DNA from: Promethearchaeota archaeon Loki_b31
Lineage (GTDB): Archaea; Asgardarchaeota; Lokiarchaeia; Sigyniarchaeales; SOKP01
DNA: 64,000 nt
Reading direction: 5' to 3'
Assembly: GCA_005222975.1 (NCBI GenBank)
Contig: NJBI01000004.1
Span: forward strand, 1 to 64,000
Shown here: positions 39,480 through 51,064 of the stretch, piece by piece
How the letters are laid out: each line of letters starts with the position of its first letter
Numbering within the stretch: position 1 is the stretch's first letter
Notes under the pieces: model-generated
Told to the model about the DNA's origin: nothing
The model's input: only the letters and a program-made list of their open reading frames with translations
Databases searched by the model: none
Program-made: the position numbers and the translations under genes

Positions 39480-41045
39480 TTAGAGGTTTATGATGGTGTT
39501 AAACATTACTTCAAGTTGGTCGTAGATTTCTAAGCGATACTCGAAACCAATCTTAAAAAATAAAAGAGAGACCATTTTTTTTTCTAGATATTCGTTAACA
39601 TTAAATTCTTCCATAATATTTGACCAATCACTCTGATCAGATACTCTTACACCTATTAGTGCGACCTTATTTTCGCCAAGGTTTTGGATTATATTAACAA
39701 CAACTTCTTTCCATTTTGGTTCGATATGCTTCCTATCTCGAGCGTCAAATATAACGAAAACTCCATCTGAATCTGTTACATCTAAATTGTCAAAAAGAAA
39801 GTTCTTTATTAACAAACCATTGGAATACTCGTATAATCTTTTTTCTTTGTCGTCGATTACTTTCTCACACTCGCACAATTTATTTACTTCGTTTAAGATT
39901 TGTAACCCTGGACTCCAAAACGGACTATCTGTTACAAACGAGATTATTAAATTTTTATTCTTATTTAAAATTGAATTAATTTGAACCATTAAACTTTCTT
40001 TTAACTTTTGTTCTTCTCTTTCTTTACTCTTCATTATATAATGATATGCTATCAATCTGAACGCGTCTTCTATGTTTTCACCTGTTAAGGCGCTAGTTTC
40101 AATATATGAGATATCTCCACCAGTATATTCTTTTGAAAGCTCATCAACTAAAGCAACACCGTTTTCATATCGAACAATTCGCTGACCAGACAAATCTACC
40201 TTATTTCCTACGATTGTGATAGGAATATTCTTATTTCCTAGAAATTCATCTAGTTCTTTATACCAAATTTTCACATTATCAAATGATTCTCGATTGCATA
40301 CATCAAAAACTATAAATGCAGCTTGTGCACCTACATAATAAGTCTTTCTGAAGCGTTTAAAGTATTCTTGTGCACCTACATCCCAAAGTGATAAAGATAC
40401 CTCGTTTCCATAAAATTTAATTGAGTGAGATAACACATTAAGCCCTAATGTTGCCCGATAATCGAGAGTAAATTTATTTTCTACAAACCTTCTTATAATA
40501 GAAGTTTTTCCCACTGAACTATCGCCGATTATTATAAATTTAAATTTGTATATTCCTCCCGAATCTAAACGGAGTTGATATATTTGTTCTTTTATTCTAC
40601 TAGTACTATCAGAAATATTAGATTCTATTTCAAAATTCGGTATATTAACTTGAATTGAATCGCCTTCGTTTGCAAATATGATTTGAGCAGTTTTTTCTGC
40701 TAGAAAATAAGCATATGGGCTAATTTTATCAACAGAAGCTAAAATGTCTAAAACTACGCTAAGAGTGACATTCTCGTCTATAGAAATAAAGAGCAATCGA
40801 TTTTTTTCGGTGTCAAAACTAGCTGATCCAAACTTTTTGAAGGCAAATTCTTCCCGTATTCTTTCTAAAAGTGGATTTATTAATGCGGTTAATACAGATA
40901 CTAATTCCATATCAGTGCTTGCTTTTTTTTGACCAGCTATAATAAAACCTTCGCGATCAGATACAATTAGAGCCTCTACATCTTCATTAATAAGCAGAAA
41001 GTTAGTAAGAAGTTCATTAAAAAGTCGTTTTTTGTTTAAAGACAT
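39480..41045 (-). CDS. Roadblock + Rab-like small GTPase fusion (tandem paralog)
   Basis: ALIVSDREGFII; GDSSVGKT, YRATLG, WDVGAQ, NKVD, ETSALTG. Confidence 0.88.
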   Translation of the reverse strand: MSLNKKRLFNELLTNFLLINEDVEALIVSDREGFIIAGQKKASTDMELVSVLTALINPLLERIREEFAFKKFGSASFDTEKNRLLFISIDENVTLSVVLDILASVDKISPYAYFLAEKTAQIIFANEGDSIQVNIPNFEIESNISDSTSRIKEQIYQLRLDSGGIYKFKFIIIGDSSVGKTSIIRRFVENKFTLDYRATLGLNVLSHSIKFYGNEVSLSLWDVGAQEYFKRFRKTYYVGAQAAFIVFDVCNRESFDNVKIWYKELDEFLGNKNIPITIVGNKVDLSGQRIVRYENGVALVDELSKEYTGGDISYIETSALTGENIEDAFRLIAYHYIMKSKEREEQKLKESLMVQINSILNKNKNLIISFVTDSPFWSPGLQILNEVNKLCECEKVIDDKEKRLYEYSNGLLIKNFLFDNLDVTDSDGVFVIFDARDRKHIEPKWKEVVVNIIQNLGENKVALIGVRVSDQSDWSNIMEEFNVNEYLEKKMVSLLFFKIGFEYRLEIYDQLEVMFNTIINL

Positions 41046-41148
41046 GATGGGTTCAAGAATAATACGATTATATTAGATTGAATTATTAATAAAAACCTAG
41101 GTTTAAAAGTAATAATTTTATAATTTATTAAATAGTTTTCTGATAGAT

Positions 41149-41724
41149 ATGGCTACTTGTATTATTTGTCATTTGGATATTAGTGAAGGTGTAGATTCTT
41201 TCGAGGAGTGTCCTAACGGACATCCTACTCATACTGATTGCTTGAAAGAATGGTTACTTCACGCTTCAAACTGTCCTTTATGTAGAGAACCGTACTCGAA
41301 TCACATTATTGAAGTCTTTAAAGATTTTATTCAGCAAAAAGAGCAAGAAAAACAAGAAGCTTTAGAAAACGAACTAAAGCAAGAAAAAGTCAAACAGATG
41401 GGGAAAATTGCTGAAAAAATGATATTTCTGAAATTCATTGAATCTATTGAGGTATTAATGGATGCGAAAGAATACGAGTATGCTCTATCAAGGTTAGATT
41501 TACATGATAACGATACCACTTCAAATCAAAAAAGTCAAAACCTTTTGTATTTAAAGGGAAAGATAAATTACTTGAAAGGTCGTTATGATATGGCAATTAA
41601 CTTATTAACTAAATTAGTAAAAGAAAAGTATGACTACCCAGAAGGTTTCTTATATCTTGGAAAATCCTATGAAGCCTTAGGTTTAAAAGATCAGGCAAAA
41701 TGGGCGTATGATAGAGTTAATTAA
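41149..41724 (+). CDS. RING-H2 finger + TPR protein (putative ubiquitin E3)
   Basis: CIIC...CPNGHPTHTDCLKEWL...CPLCR; C-terminal TPR-like helices. Confidence 0.85.
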   Translation: MATCIICHLDISEGVDSFEECPNGHPTHTDCLKEWLLHASNCPLCREPYSNHIIEVFKDFIQQKEQEKQEALENELKQEKVKQMGKIAEKMIFLKFIESIEVLMDAKEYEYALSRLDLHDNDTTSNQKSQNLLYLKGKINYLKGRYDMAINLLTKLVKEKYDYPEGFLYLGKSYEALGLKDQAKWAYDRVN

Positions 41725-41750
41725 GTTTTGATTTTTACTAATAATATAAA

Positions 41751-43151
41751 ATGAAACTTTTTTGTTTAACTATTGCAGGTTCAGACCCTACTTGTGGAGC
41801 GGGAATTCAAGCGGATATTAGAACATTTGATAGGTGTGGAGTACATCCTTTTTCTGTAATAACGGCTATTACTTATCAATCAGCAACAGAATTTTATGGA
41901 TATAAATCTCTTTCAGATGATTTAGATAACCAATTAAATGCGCTTTTCGCTTCTTATCCTATTAAGTATGTTAAAATAGGGATGATTCCAGATACCAAAG
42001 CGTTAGATATTATCGTAGATGTAGTTAGAAAACACGAATTAATCGCCGTTTTGGACCCTGTTTCTATTTCTAGCGCAGGTGAAAGACTCTCGAGCGAAGG
42101 ATTTGAATTAGAAATAGAAAGAAGTTTGTTTCCCTACATTAAAATCCTTACCCCAAATATTAGTGAAGCCGGTTTTTATGCGAATCGAGATTTATCAAAT
42201 AAAACTATAGAAAATATTGCTGAGCTCAAAGATGCAGCAATAATATTGGTAAAAAAGTTATATTCTGATAATCAGGCATTGGATGTGGAGAAAGCAGTTG
42301 TTATTAAAAGTGCAGGAGCTAAACAGGGAGAGATTTTCGATCTAGTATGTATTAGTAAAGGAATAGGTTCTAATGAAAATTATGAATTTACACTATATCA
42401 AAAGCCAAAACTATCATTTAATGGAAATGTTCACGGAACGGGATGTGTTTTTTCTTCTGCTTTAACTGCTTTTCTTGCTAAAGGAAATCCCTTAGTTATG
42501 GCCATTGAAAAAGCAGAAAGTTTTTTTGATGCTAAATTTCAGAAGTTTGTTGAATTACCCAATAAAGGTAAAGTAATAGATTTAACTATTTCAGAAGAAA
42601 GAGTGGAAGTTATAAATCAAATTAAGGAAATTTACAATTTTATCTCTAAATTTAAAAAATTTAGCAAATTAATTCCTGAAGTTAGAATGAATATATCTGG
42701 GTCCCTACCTAACGCTACTATAAAAGAGGAAATCGCGGGTATTGAAGGTAGAATCACAATTATCAATGGTTATCCACAAGCTTCTGGAGAAATAAAGTTT
42801 GGTGCCACAGATCATACTGCTCGATTGATACTTTCGGCGAAAGAATTCGATAATTCAATTAATTACGTGATAAATCTTAAATTTAATCCAAACTGGATAG
42901 ATTTAATTCAACAAAACACTGATTTAGAATTACAAGAGATTATTAGAGAAGATCAACCAGAAAAGATTAAAAAACAAGAATTTTCAACTATGCAATGGTT
43001 AATTAAAGAAAGTATTGCTAGTAAAGGTAAAATACCAGATATTATTTGGGATAAAGGAGCAATGGGGAAGGAACCGATAATTAGATTATTTAGTAAAAAT
43101 TCGAAAGATATGATAGAAAAACTCAAAAAAATTATAGAAATAATATCTTAG
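41751..43151 (+). CDS. thiDN: Bifunctional HMP/HMP-P kinase - thiamine-phosphate synthase (ThiD-ThiN)
   Basis: IAGSDPTCGAGIQAD, HGTGC; ThiN domain IPEVRMN...GAMGKEP. Confidence 0.9.
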   Translation: MKLFCLTIAGSDPTCGAGIQADIRTFDRCGVHPFSVITAITYQSATEFYGYKSLSDDLDNQLNALFASYPIKYVKIGMIPDTKALDIIVDVVRKHELIAVLDPVSISSAGERLSSEGFELEIERSLFPYIKILTPNISEAGFYANRDLSNKTIENIAELKDAAIILVKKLYSDNQALDVEKAVVIKSAGAKQGEIFDLVCISKGIGSNENYEFTLYQKPKLSFNGNVHGTGCVFSSALTAFLAKGNPLVMAIEKAESFFDAKFQKFVELPNKGKVIDLTISEERVEVINQIKEIYNFISKFKKFSKLIPEVRMNISGSLPNATIKEEIAGIEGRITIINGYPQASGEIKFGATDHTARLILSAKEFDNSINYVINLKFNPNWIDLIQQNTDLELQEIIREDQPEKIKKQEFSTMQWLIKESIASKGKIPDIIWDKGAMGKEPIIRLFSKNSKDMIEKLKKIIEIIS

Positions 43152-43159
43152 AATTTTAT

Positions 43160-44476
43160 TTATAATATATTTTTTGAAGCTTTTTTTTCCAAAGCGTCCT
43201 TTAAGATTTTTATTGCGCAGAATTCGCCACACATACTGCATACATCATCATCGTCAACAACCCCATTTCTATAATGAATCTCGCGAGATAATTCTGGATC
43301 GATTGAGTATTTTATCATTCCTTCCCAATCTAGGTTTTTTCGGGCAATATCCATTTTGTAATCCCAATCTGATGCCCTCTTACCATATTTCGCAATATTT
43401 ACTGCATGAGCTGCTATTTTAGAAGCAATAGTTCCTCTTTTAACTTCTTCCTTATTGGGTAATGCTAAATGTTCAGAGGGCGTAACATAACAGAGATAAT
43501 CAGCACCAGCTAATCCTGCCATTACACCCCCGATAGCGCTTACAAGGTGATCGTAACCTGGAGCTATATCAGTTACTAATGGCCCTAAAACATAAAAAGG
43601 TGCTCCATCACATAAAGATTTCATTATTTTTATATTACGTTCTATTTCATTAGCGGGTATATGTCCAGGACCTTCCACCATTACTTGAACATTTTGTGCC
43701 CAAGCGCGCTTTACTAGTTTCGATATCTCTATAAGTTCTTGAATTTGAGCGTAATCAGTAGAATCAAATATACATCCAGGTCTGCACCCATCTCCAAGTG
43801 AGAGAGTGAAATCGTATTCTTTCGCCATTTCTAATAAATAGTCGTAATTATGATTAAAAGGGTTTTCTAAATCGTTCTCAAGTATCCATGCGGCTAAAAA
43901 AGTCCCTCCGCGAGATACCACTCCCATGGTTCTTGGATGATCTTTTAGGTAATTTACTATCTCTTTCGTAATTCCAACATGAATTGTAAAAAAGTCCACG
44001 CCTTCTTTGGCCTGTTCTTCTACTACGTTAAAGAGGTCATCTTCGTCAAAGTTTATAATAGCTCCTTTTTTTTCTAACGCTCTTAACGCGGATTGGTAAA
44101 TAGGAACCGTTCCTATTGGGACTTTAACTTCTTTTAAAATTTGTTTTCGAATGGTTTTCACATCGTCCTCGGTTACTCCAGTGCTTAAGTCCATGACGGT
44201 ATCTGCCCCATATTTTACAGCGATCTTGGCTTTTTCTAATTCTTCGTTAATATCACATACTCGTTTGCTGGAGCCTATGTTAGCGTTAATTTTTACTAGC
44301 AAACCTTCACCGATGCCAATAGGTTCGATATCGCGTTTATTGGATTTTGGAACAATAATACGGCCTTTTGCGATTCCTTTTCGGACGAATTCTACATCTA
44401 CTTTTTCTTTTGTCGCAACTATCTCCATTTCTTTGGTGATTTTACCATCTCGAGCGATTTTCATTAATGTGGACAA
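43160..44476 (-). CDS. thiC: Phosphomethylpyrimidine synthase
   Basis: KINANIGSS, VSRGG, SLGDG, EGPGH, APGYDH, VTPSEHL, CSMCGEFC. Confidence 0.95.
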   Translation of the reverse strand: MSTLMKIARDGKITKEMEIVATKEKVDVEFVRKGIAKGRIIVPKSNKRDIEPIGIGEGLLVKINANIGSSKRVCDINEELEKAKIAVKYGADTVMDLSTGVTEDDVKTIRKQILKEVKVPIGTVPIYQSALRALEKKGAIINFDEDDLFNVVEEQAKEGVDFFTIHVGITKEIVNYLKDHPRTMGVVSRGGTFLAAWILENDLENPFNHNYDYLLEMAKEYDFTLSLGDGCRPGCIFDSTDYAQIQELIEISKLVKRAWAQNVQVMVEGPGHIPANEIERNIKIMKSLCDGAPFYVLGPLVTDIAPGYDHLVSAIGGVMAGLAGADYLCYVTPSEHLALPNKEEVKRGTIASKIAAHAVNIAKYGKRASDWDYKMDIARKNLDWEGMIKYSIDPELSREIHYRNGVVDDDDVCSMCGEFCAIKILKDALEKKASKNIL

Positions 44477-44643
44477 ATTTTTAGACCTTCTCGTATGTGA
44501 TTATTCTTCTACTAACGATTAAATATCTTATATCTAATACCAATTAATAATAATTGAATTAAATTGTTTTGTTTAATAAAATATAATAAATCACCACTTT
44601 AGAAATATTTTTGTAATTGTATCTATATATAAAAAATATCTTG

Positions 44644-45111
44644 TTAGTATCCCAATTTTAGTTGTTTTAAAAGCTCAATTAAAGATTCGGTTAATTTATA
44701 ATTTTTTAATTCATCAAATTCCACAAATTTAGCGTCTAATGCGTCGGAATCTGGTATAGGTGGTTGATTTAAATTGCTCTCAGTTTGTTCTACGAAATAA
44801 TTAATCAAAACATAATGGTATTCGATCTTCCCGGTATCATCGTACATTATTTTATCTATTATGCCGGCTAATTTTGTAACCTTCACCTTAAAGCCCGTTT
44901 CTTCAAAACCCTCTCTTTCGGCAGCAGATTGTACTCTTTCACCGAGATCTAAGTGCCCTCCGGGAATAGACCAATATCCCGCATCAGGATTGAATTTTCG
45001 TTTAACTAGCAATAACGAATTATTGCGAATCAGTAAAACGCCAACTCCTATTAATGGAACGATAGGATAACGTCTTAAATCGAAGGGGGTAAAATCTTTT
45101 TTATTTACCAT
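44644..45111 (-). CDS. Nudix hydrolase (ADP-ribose pyrophosphatase-like)
   Basis: Nudix box GGHLDLGERVQSAAEREGFEETG. Confidence 0.92.
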   Translation of the reverse strand: MVNKKDFTPFDLRRYPIVPLIGVGVLLIRNNSLLLVKRKFNPDAGYWSIPGGHLDLGERVQSAAEREGFEETGFKVKVTKLAGIIDKIMYDDTGKIEYHYVLINYFVEQTESNLNQPPIPDSDALDAKFVEFDELKNYKLTESLIELLKQLKLGY

Positions 45112-45314
45112 TTTTAAATAATAATATAAATATTTTTAATGATTTAGTTTAAAATTTATAACTTTAAATTGTTATTTTTATATAATCTACATTTTTCTTC
45201 TCAATATAATTTTAATCATTTGTTTATCAGAATAAGTTTAAATATTAGGAAAAAGATTTTTATCCTTAATCATTTAAATTAATTTCTTAAAAATGATAAA
45301 AGACGAAATTAAAA

Positions 45315-48300
45315 ATGAGCCATTTAAATTTTAAAAAAAAAAAAAGCGTTACATTTTTTATAATTTCTCTGTTGTACTTTTCCTCAATCTTTTCAAGCGC
45401 ATTTATGAATATTGGAACTTCAAGTTTATTTTTGGACGAAAATATATTTGGAAACAACGATGATTTGATCGAATTAAAAGTCACTATCTCCGAAATTTTA
45501 ATAGAAGATAAGGAATCTCCAACTGGAGAAATTTTTCAACGTCTTAGTATAGAAGGAAGCGGAAACTTTGGTCAAACGGGAAGCCCTAGTCTACCCTTTA
45601 AAGTTGTAAAAATACTCCTTCCATATGGCAAAGATATGGCGGATGTCGAAATCATTACTGGAGAAACACAAATTTTAGAAGGATCGTACAAAATAGAACC
45701 CGTACAAGAACAAACTCCTATTAGCTCGAACGAGGTAACTGAATTTAAATTGGATAATTCAGTTTACAATTCAATTAACCCTTTTCCTGATAAACAATAT
45801 TCAATTGTTGGTGTATATGAACTTAGGGGATATAGGATTTTAGTCCTAAATCTATACCCTGTGAGTTATGTCCCAAAAACGGGAAAAGTATCTTATTTTA
45901 GAGATATAACGGTGTTAGTTAGGCTTACAAATCATCCTAATGCAAATTTACTTTTCAGAAATTTAAAAGTAGATGAAAAACGAGTTGTTAATACCGTTGA
46001 CAATCCAGAGTTGGTGGATGTTTATAGAGGAAAGAATCCTCAATTAATTTCTCTTGGATCAAGTTTAGATTTACCTCCTGGATCTTATGATTACATCATT
46101 ATTACAAACGAAGCTTTACATGACTCTATTGGTGCTTATACTTTTCAAGACCTTAGGGATAGTAAAAATGCTGCAGGTATACAAACTACAATTGTTACTA
46201 CTGAATATATTTACGCTAATTATCTTGGTGCCGATAACCCAGAGAAAATTAGAAATTTTATTATAGATGCCTATCAAACTTGGGGTGTAGAATATGTTTT
46301 ATTAGGAGGAGATGGAGATGAAGTCGATATAGGTGGAGAGAGTGGAGATTTGATAATTCCATCGAGGGGCTTTTATGCTACGGCTTATGGAGAAGTAGAT
46401 TACGACATTACATCTGATTTATATTATGCAGGATTAGATGGAAATTGGAATACTGACGGAGATAATATGTGGGCTGAACCAGGCGAAGATGATTTATACG
46501 CAGAGGTGTATGTTGGTAGAGCTCCTGTGGATTCTGAAGATGAACTATCTAATTTTGTATACAAAACTTTAGCTCACGAGACAGAAACTCATCACTACTT
46601 ATCTGATGTTTTAATGGTAGGGGAAGATCTATATTGGTATGTGTGGGGCGGCGATTATAAAGACGAAGTAAAAGATGGTTCCGATGCACAAGGTTATACC
46701 ACTGAAGGATTTCCACTAGGATATTTTGTTGATACGCTTTACGATCGCGAATTAGACCCGGCAAGATGGGATAAAAACGATCTTATCCCTTTAATTAACG
46801 ATGGAATTCATATAATTAATCATCTTGGTCACTGCGATGTTGAGTATAGCATGAAAATGGAAAATTACGATGCAGACTCGCTTACAAATGATCATTATTT
46901 CTTTGGTTACAGCCAAGGATGCTACAATGGAGCGTTTGATAATAGGGGTCCTTGGGGGGAGATACATGCAAACGATTCTATTGTAGAACACTTTGTAACT
47001 ACACCTCACGGAGCGTTTGCTTTTATTGCTAATAGCAGGTTCGGATGGGGCGACCCTTACGGAACTAATGGAGCTTCTCAGTATTACGACCGCCAATTTT
47101 TTGACGCTATATTTTCAGAAGGCATTGAAGAAATAGGAAGAGCAAATCAAGACTCAAAGGAAGACAACATAGGATTTCTCTCTCAAGAAGCAATGAGATG
47201 GGTTTATTATGAACTGAATCTCTTCGGAGATCCAACAGCAACGATCCCTCCTCAACCTAATGATTTTACACCTTCACTTACTGATGGAAGCCTTTCGCCA
47301 ACTTCTGGAAACCAAACAACTCTATTTACATACAATGTGACTTATACTGATGCAGATAATAACCCTCCAATTTATATTAATGTATTAATAAATGAAACAT
47401 CTTACCCTATGGAAAAACAGGATTTAATGGATGAAGATTACACTGATGGCTGTAAATATAATTATTTTACGTACTTACAACCTGGAAATTACAATTATTC
47501 ATTTGAATGCGCAGATTATAAATTTTTTACTAATACAGGAGTAACCATCGGTCCTTCAGTTTCAGAAAGCCCAAATTTAAATTCACCTATTTTGAGTAAT
47601 GGACAAGTTTCTCCTCCAAGTGGCGTAAAACATTGGGATACATTTAAATTCTCAGTAATTTATTCGGATGCTGATAATAATTTGCCGGAATACGTTAATA
47701 TAATACTAAATTCGATAACATATCCTATGGCACAACTAGATTATTTAGATTCAAATTATATGGATGGATGCGTATATACTTTCAGCACAACTTTACATCA
47801 AGATGGTGATCAAAATTATTCGTTCGAGTGTTCTGATGGTGATTTTACTCATACTATTGGTCCCTTTAGTGGACCCTCTGTATACGAAATATTGAATTAT
47901 ACTATGATCCCTGATTACGAGTATAATTGGATCGATGCTTCAGGTGGAACAGAACTTTTATTAGGTGATGATGATTATGCTGCAATAGCATTACCCTTTA
48001 ATTTTCAATTCTACAATGAAACCTTTTCAACTATATATTTATGCTCAAATGGATATCTTAGTTTCACAGATACGACCCCTTATCAATATTCAAATGTTCC
48101 TTTTCCTTCGGCGAACCCAACACATACATATATGATTGCTCCATTTTGGGATGATATATATCCCGCCTCTGGAGGACATATCTATGTACAATCATTTGGG
48201 ACTTATTGGGTGGCAGAATGGCAAGATATATATCATATAAATGGGCCTTTACTAGGTTCATTTGAATTAATATTATATGAATCGGGAGAAATCATCTTTA

Positions 48301-50768
48301 ATTACGATTATATCGATTATATTGATCCTTATACCAGGTATACTTGTGGATTAAATTTAGGTGAAGACACTAGATTTTATAATTCGTATCAAGATTTAAC
48401 CACAGAAACTGAGGATTTTTCGTTATATTTTTATGCAATGACTAATGATTTTGCTCCAGAATTATCTTTAGAATCTGTTATACCGACAAGTGGATATCAA
48501 AATACACTGTTCAATTTCAACGTTACTTATACCGACCAAGATAACAATCCACCAGTTCAAATGGATGTTATTATAAATGGTACAACTTACCCTATGGAAA
48601 AGCAAAACCCATCTGATGATAATTACACAGATGGTTGTCTATACCAACTTTTGACTTACTTTCAACCAGCAGCTCATAATTATACTTATTACTTTAATTG
48701 CTATGATGGAATATTTACAAATACAACCACTATTTATTCTAACATAAAAGTGGAAGAAACGAATATCTTTAGCCCTAGTCTGTCAAATGAACAGGTCCTT
48801 CCAAATACAGGCTACGCACAAGCAACAATTTTCTCTTTTATGGTTACTTATACTGATCCTGATAATAATGCACCGGATTCTATAGAAATTACTATTAATT
48901 CGACGACATTTACTATGTTAAAGCAAGATTTTATGGATTCTAATTTCATGGATGGATGTGTGTATATATATAATACACAATTAAATGATATAGGTATTTA
49001 TTTGTATAATTTTAGTTGTTCAGACGGAATTTTTACAGCCAGCGCTGGACCTTTTGCGGGACCAGTAGTAGAAAAAGGTCCTTTGTTTGATAGCATGTAT
49101 ATAGACCATTATTTTTCATTAGGGCCTTACGGTTATGATTCAACGATATCTTATTCTACTGGTTCGACTAGTAATTTTAAAGCGCATTGGGCTTTTGCGG
49201 GAATGATAGGCTCCTGGGATATCGATTTAGACACAAGAATTATGTCAAATTGCGTAAATCCTTGTTTTGTAGAGGGCACTCATACACCATTTTGGATCAG
49301 TACTAATACTACACTCAATGATATAATCCCAATTTCTGTAATGAGTGAGGGCGATCATAATTTTCAGGTTTCTGATGAATTACTATTTGATTTACCTGAA
49401 TTTGGGCTTATTGACGTATGGGAGTTAGAAGATTTAACTGATCCCGGCGGAGTTGCGTGGTACGAAAAAAGTACAGGAATTTTACTAAATGGTATATTCT
49501 TTTACGGTGGTGGGGCTTATAGCTATACGTTTGATTTCATCGATACTAATGTTGAATTTACTTATATTACCTTCGATCATGAATTAAAAGTTTCTTTAGA
49601 TGTTCCAACTAATCCAAAAATTGATCAGACTTACATCATTAATGCAACAGTGACTAATAACGGTTTGAACGATGAATATGATGTTGATTTATTGCTATAT
49701 CTTGATGACGTACTTGTAGATTCAATTACTATTTCAAGTTTACCTGTTGGTGCGAGTGAAACAGTTAATTATATGTGGACTCCAACTGAATACAAAACCT
49801 ACAATTTCACTGCTTATGCTCCACCTGTACCTGATGAGTCTTATATTGATAATAATATCAAAACTAAGCTAATACCCATTAGGGATATTGAATTATTCGA
49901 TGGAATGTATATTGATCATATTTGGACTGTCCCTAGTGATATTTACCCTTCAAGGTTTTCATATTCTTATTACTCAGGTAGTCTATTTATTGAAACTTGG
50001 GATATTATGGGATTTTCTATTCCATGGTATGTTGATTCTCAGACAAGACTTATGTCAGGTGGGTCAGTTTTTGGTGATGGTACACATACTCCGGCGTGGA
50101 TTTTTACCGATGTATCTTTAGGTGACGAAATTTTAATTGCGGTCGTTGGTGAAGGTGATCATCTTTTCAGCGTAGCAGGCGAATTAATCTATGATCTACC
50201 CGGTTTTGGATCGGTAGGTGTGTGGGTACTAGAAGATTTAACTCTTCCTGGTGGAGTTGCTTGGTATGAAAAAAGTACAGGAATTTTACTAAAAGGTACG
50301 TTCTTTTACGGTGGTGGGGCTGCTAACTATACGTTTGATTTCGTAAGTACTAATGTTGAATTTACTTATGTGCCGCCCGGTGATTTTGAACTATCAACCA
50401 ATGCTGGAACTCCCTCCGACAATGATGGTAATTTTGATTTAACATGGGAAAGTGCAGATGGAGCTCTTACTTACTCAGTGTACCAATATTCAAGCTATAT
50501 AACGGAAATTAATGGAAGTTTAACCCTTTTAGGAGATGGAATAACAGAACTTTCTCATGCTTTGAGTGGTTATACTGATGGGACCTATTACTTTATCGCT
50601 GTCGCACATAACGCCTATGGTGATACTCGATCAAATTGCATCGAAGTTGTTGTTCAAATACCAAGTGATGGAGGAATTCCTGGATACTACTTCGTAATTG
50701 CAGCAATAATTATAGTTGCAGTAATAGGTATAGTTATTGCTATAATAATTATAAAACGACGTAAATGA
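45315..50768 (+). CDS. Large surface gingipain-like (C25) peptidase with repeats and C-terminal membrane anchor
   Basis: Signal peptide, propeptide, YVLLGGD, VGRAP, HLGH / SQGC catalytic pair, LFGDP; repeated VTYTDxDNN modules, CARDB-like domain, GGIPGY-TM-KRRK tail. Confidence 0.88.
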   Translation: MSHLNFKKKKSVTFFIISLLYFSSIFSSAFMNIGTSSLFLDENIFGNNDDLIELKVTISEILIEDKESPTGEIFQRLSIEGSGNFGQTGSPSLPFKVVKILLPYGKDMADVEIITGETQILEGSYKIEPVQEQTPISSNEVTEFKLDNSVYNSINPFPDKQYSIVGVYELRGYRILVLNLYPVSYVPKTGKVSYFRDITVLVRLTNHPNANLLFRNLKVDEKRVVNTVDNPELVDVYRGKNPQLISLGSSLDLPPGSYDYIIITNEALHDSIGAYTFQDLRDSKNAAGIQTTIVTTEYIYANYLGADNPEKIRNFIIDAYQTWGVEYVLLGGDGDEVDIGGESGDLIIPSRGFYATAYGEVDYDITSDLYYAGLDGNWNTDGDNMWAEPGEDDLYAEVYVGRAPVDSEDELSNFVYKTLAHETETHHYLSDVLMVGEDLYWYVWGGDYKDEVKDGSDAQGYTTEGFPLGYFVDTLYDRELDPARWDKNDLIPLINDGIHIINHLGHCDVEYSMKMENYDADSLTNDHYFFGYSQGCYNGAFDNRGPWGEIHANDSIVEHFVTTPHGAFAFIANSRFGWGDPYGTNGASQYYDRQFFDAIFSEGIEEIGRANQDSKEDNIGFLSQEAMRWVYYELNLFGDPTATIPPQPNDFTPSLTDGSLSPTSGNQTTLFTYNVTYTDADNNPPIYINVLINETSYPMEKQDLMDEDYTDGCKYNYFTYLQPGNYNYSFECADYKFFTNTGVTIGPSVSESPNLNSPILSNGQVSPPSGVKHWDTFKFSVIYSDADNNLPEYVNIILNSITYPMAQLDYLDSNYMDGCVYTFSTTLHQDGDQNYSFECSDGDFTHTIGPFSGPSVYEILNYTMIPDYEYNWIDASGGTELLLGDDDYAAIALPFNFQFYNETFSTIYLCSNGYLSFTDTTPYQYSNVPFPSANPTHTYMIAPFWDDIYPASGGHIYVQSFGTYWVAEWQDIYHINGPLLGSFELILYESGEIIFNYDYIDYIDPYTRYTCGLNLGEDTRFYNSYQDLTTETEDFSLYFYAMTNDFAPELSLESVIPTSGYQNTLFNFNVTYTDQDNNPPVQMDVIINGTTYPMEKQNPSDDNYTDGCLYQLLTYFQPAAHNYTYYFNCYDGIFTNTTTIYSNIKVEETNIFSPSLSNEQVLPNTGYAQATIFSFMVTYTDPDNNAPDSIEITINSTTFTMLKQDFMDSNFMDGCVYIYNTQLNDIGIYLYNFSCSDGIFTASAGPFAGPVVEKGPLFDSMYIDHYFSLGPYGYDSTISYSTGSTSNFKAHWAFAGMIGSWDIDLDTRIMSNCVNPCFVEGTHTPFWISTNTTLNDIIPISVMSEGDHNFQVSDELLFDLPEFGLIDVWELEDLTDPGGVAWYEKSTGILLNGIFFYGGGAYSYTFDFIDTNVEFTYITFDHELKVSLDVPTNPKIDQTYIINATVTNNGLNDEYDVDLLLYLDDVLVDSITISSLPVGASETVNYMWTPTEYKTYNFTAYAPPVPDESYIDNNIKTKLIPIRDIELFDGMYIDHIWTVPSDIYPSRFSYSYYSGSLFIETWDIMGFSIPWYVDSQTRLMSGGSVFGDGTHTPAWIFTDVSLGDEILIAVVGEGDHLFSVAGELIYDLPGFGSVGVWVLEDLTLPGGVAWYEKSTGILLKGTFFYGGGAANYTFDFVSTNVEFTYVPPGDFELSTNAGTPSDNDGNFDLTWESADGALTYSVYQYSSYITEINGSLTLLGDGITELSHALSGYTDGTYYFIAVAHNAYGDTRSNCIEVVVQIPSDGGIPGYYFVIAAIIIVAVIGIVIAIIIIKRRK

Positions 50769-51064
50769 AGTGAATACTAAAAAAATCTTAAATTCTTATT
50801 TTTTTCTTATTATTATATTGTTTATTTTCTAATTATGTCAGAAATTTAAAATTAGGACATAAAGATACAACATATCTCTTCGAATAACAAAAAATATTAG
50901 AGGAAATTTTTAAATAATAAATTAGGTTTTTTTGTGTTAAACCTATAAAGGTAACATTTAATTATAAATTTCCTTTAAAGGAATAAATATAAAAAGGAAG
51001 AAGATGAATTAATTCATACCTATTTTAAAAGTTGTTTAAAAACTTTTAAGAGGCGAAATTTTAA

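Noticed and set aside
44477-44643. TPP riboswitch upstream of thiC
   Set aside because: The region is AT-rich and lacks the conserved CUGAGA core and paired stems.
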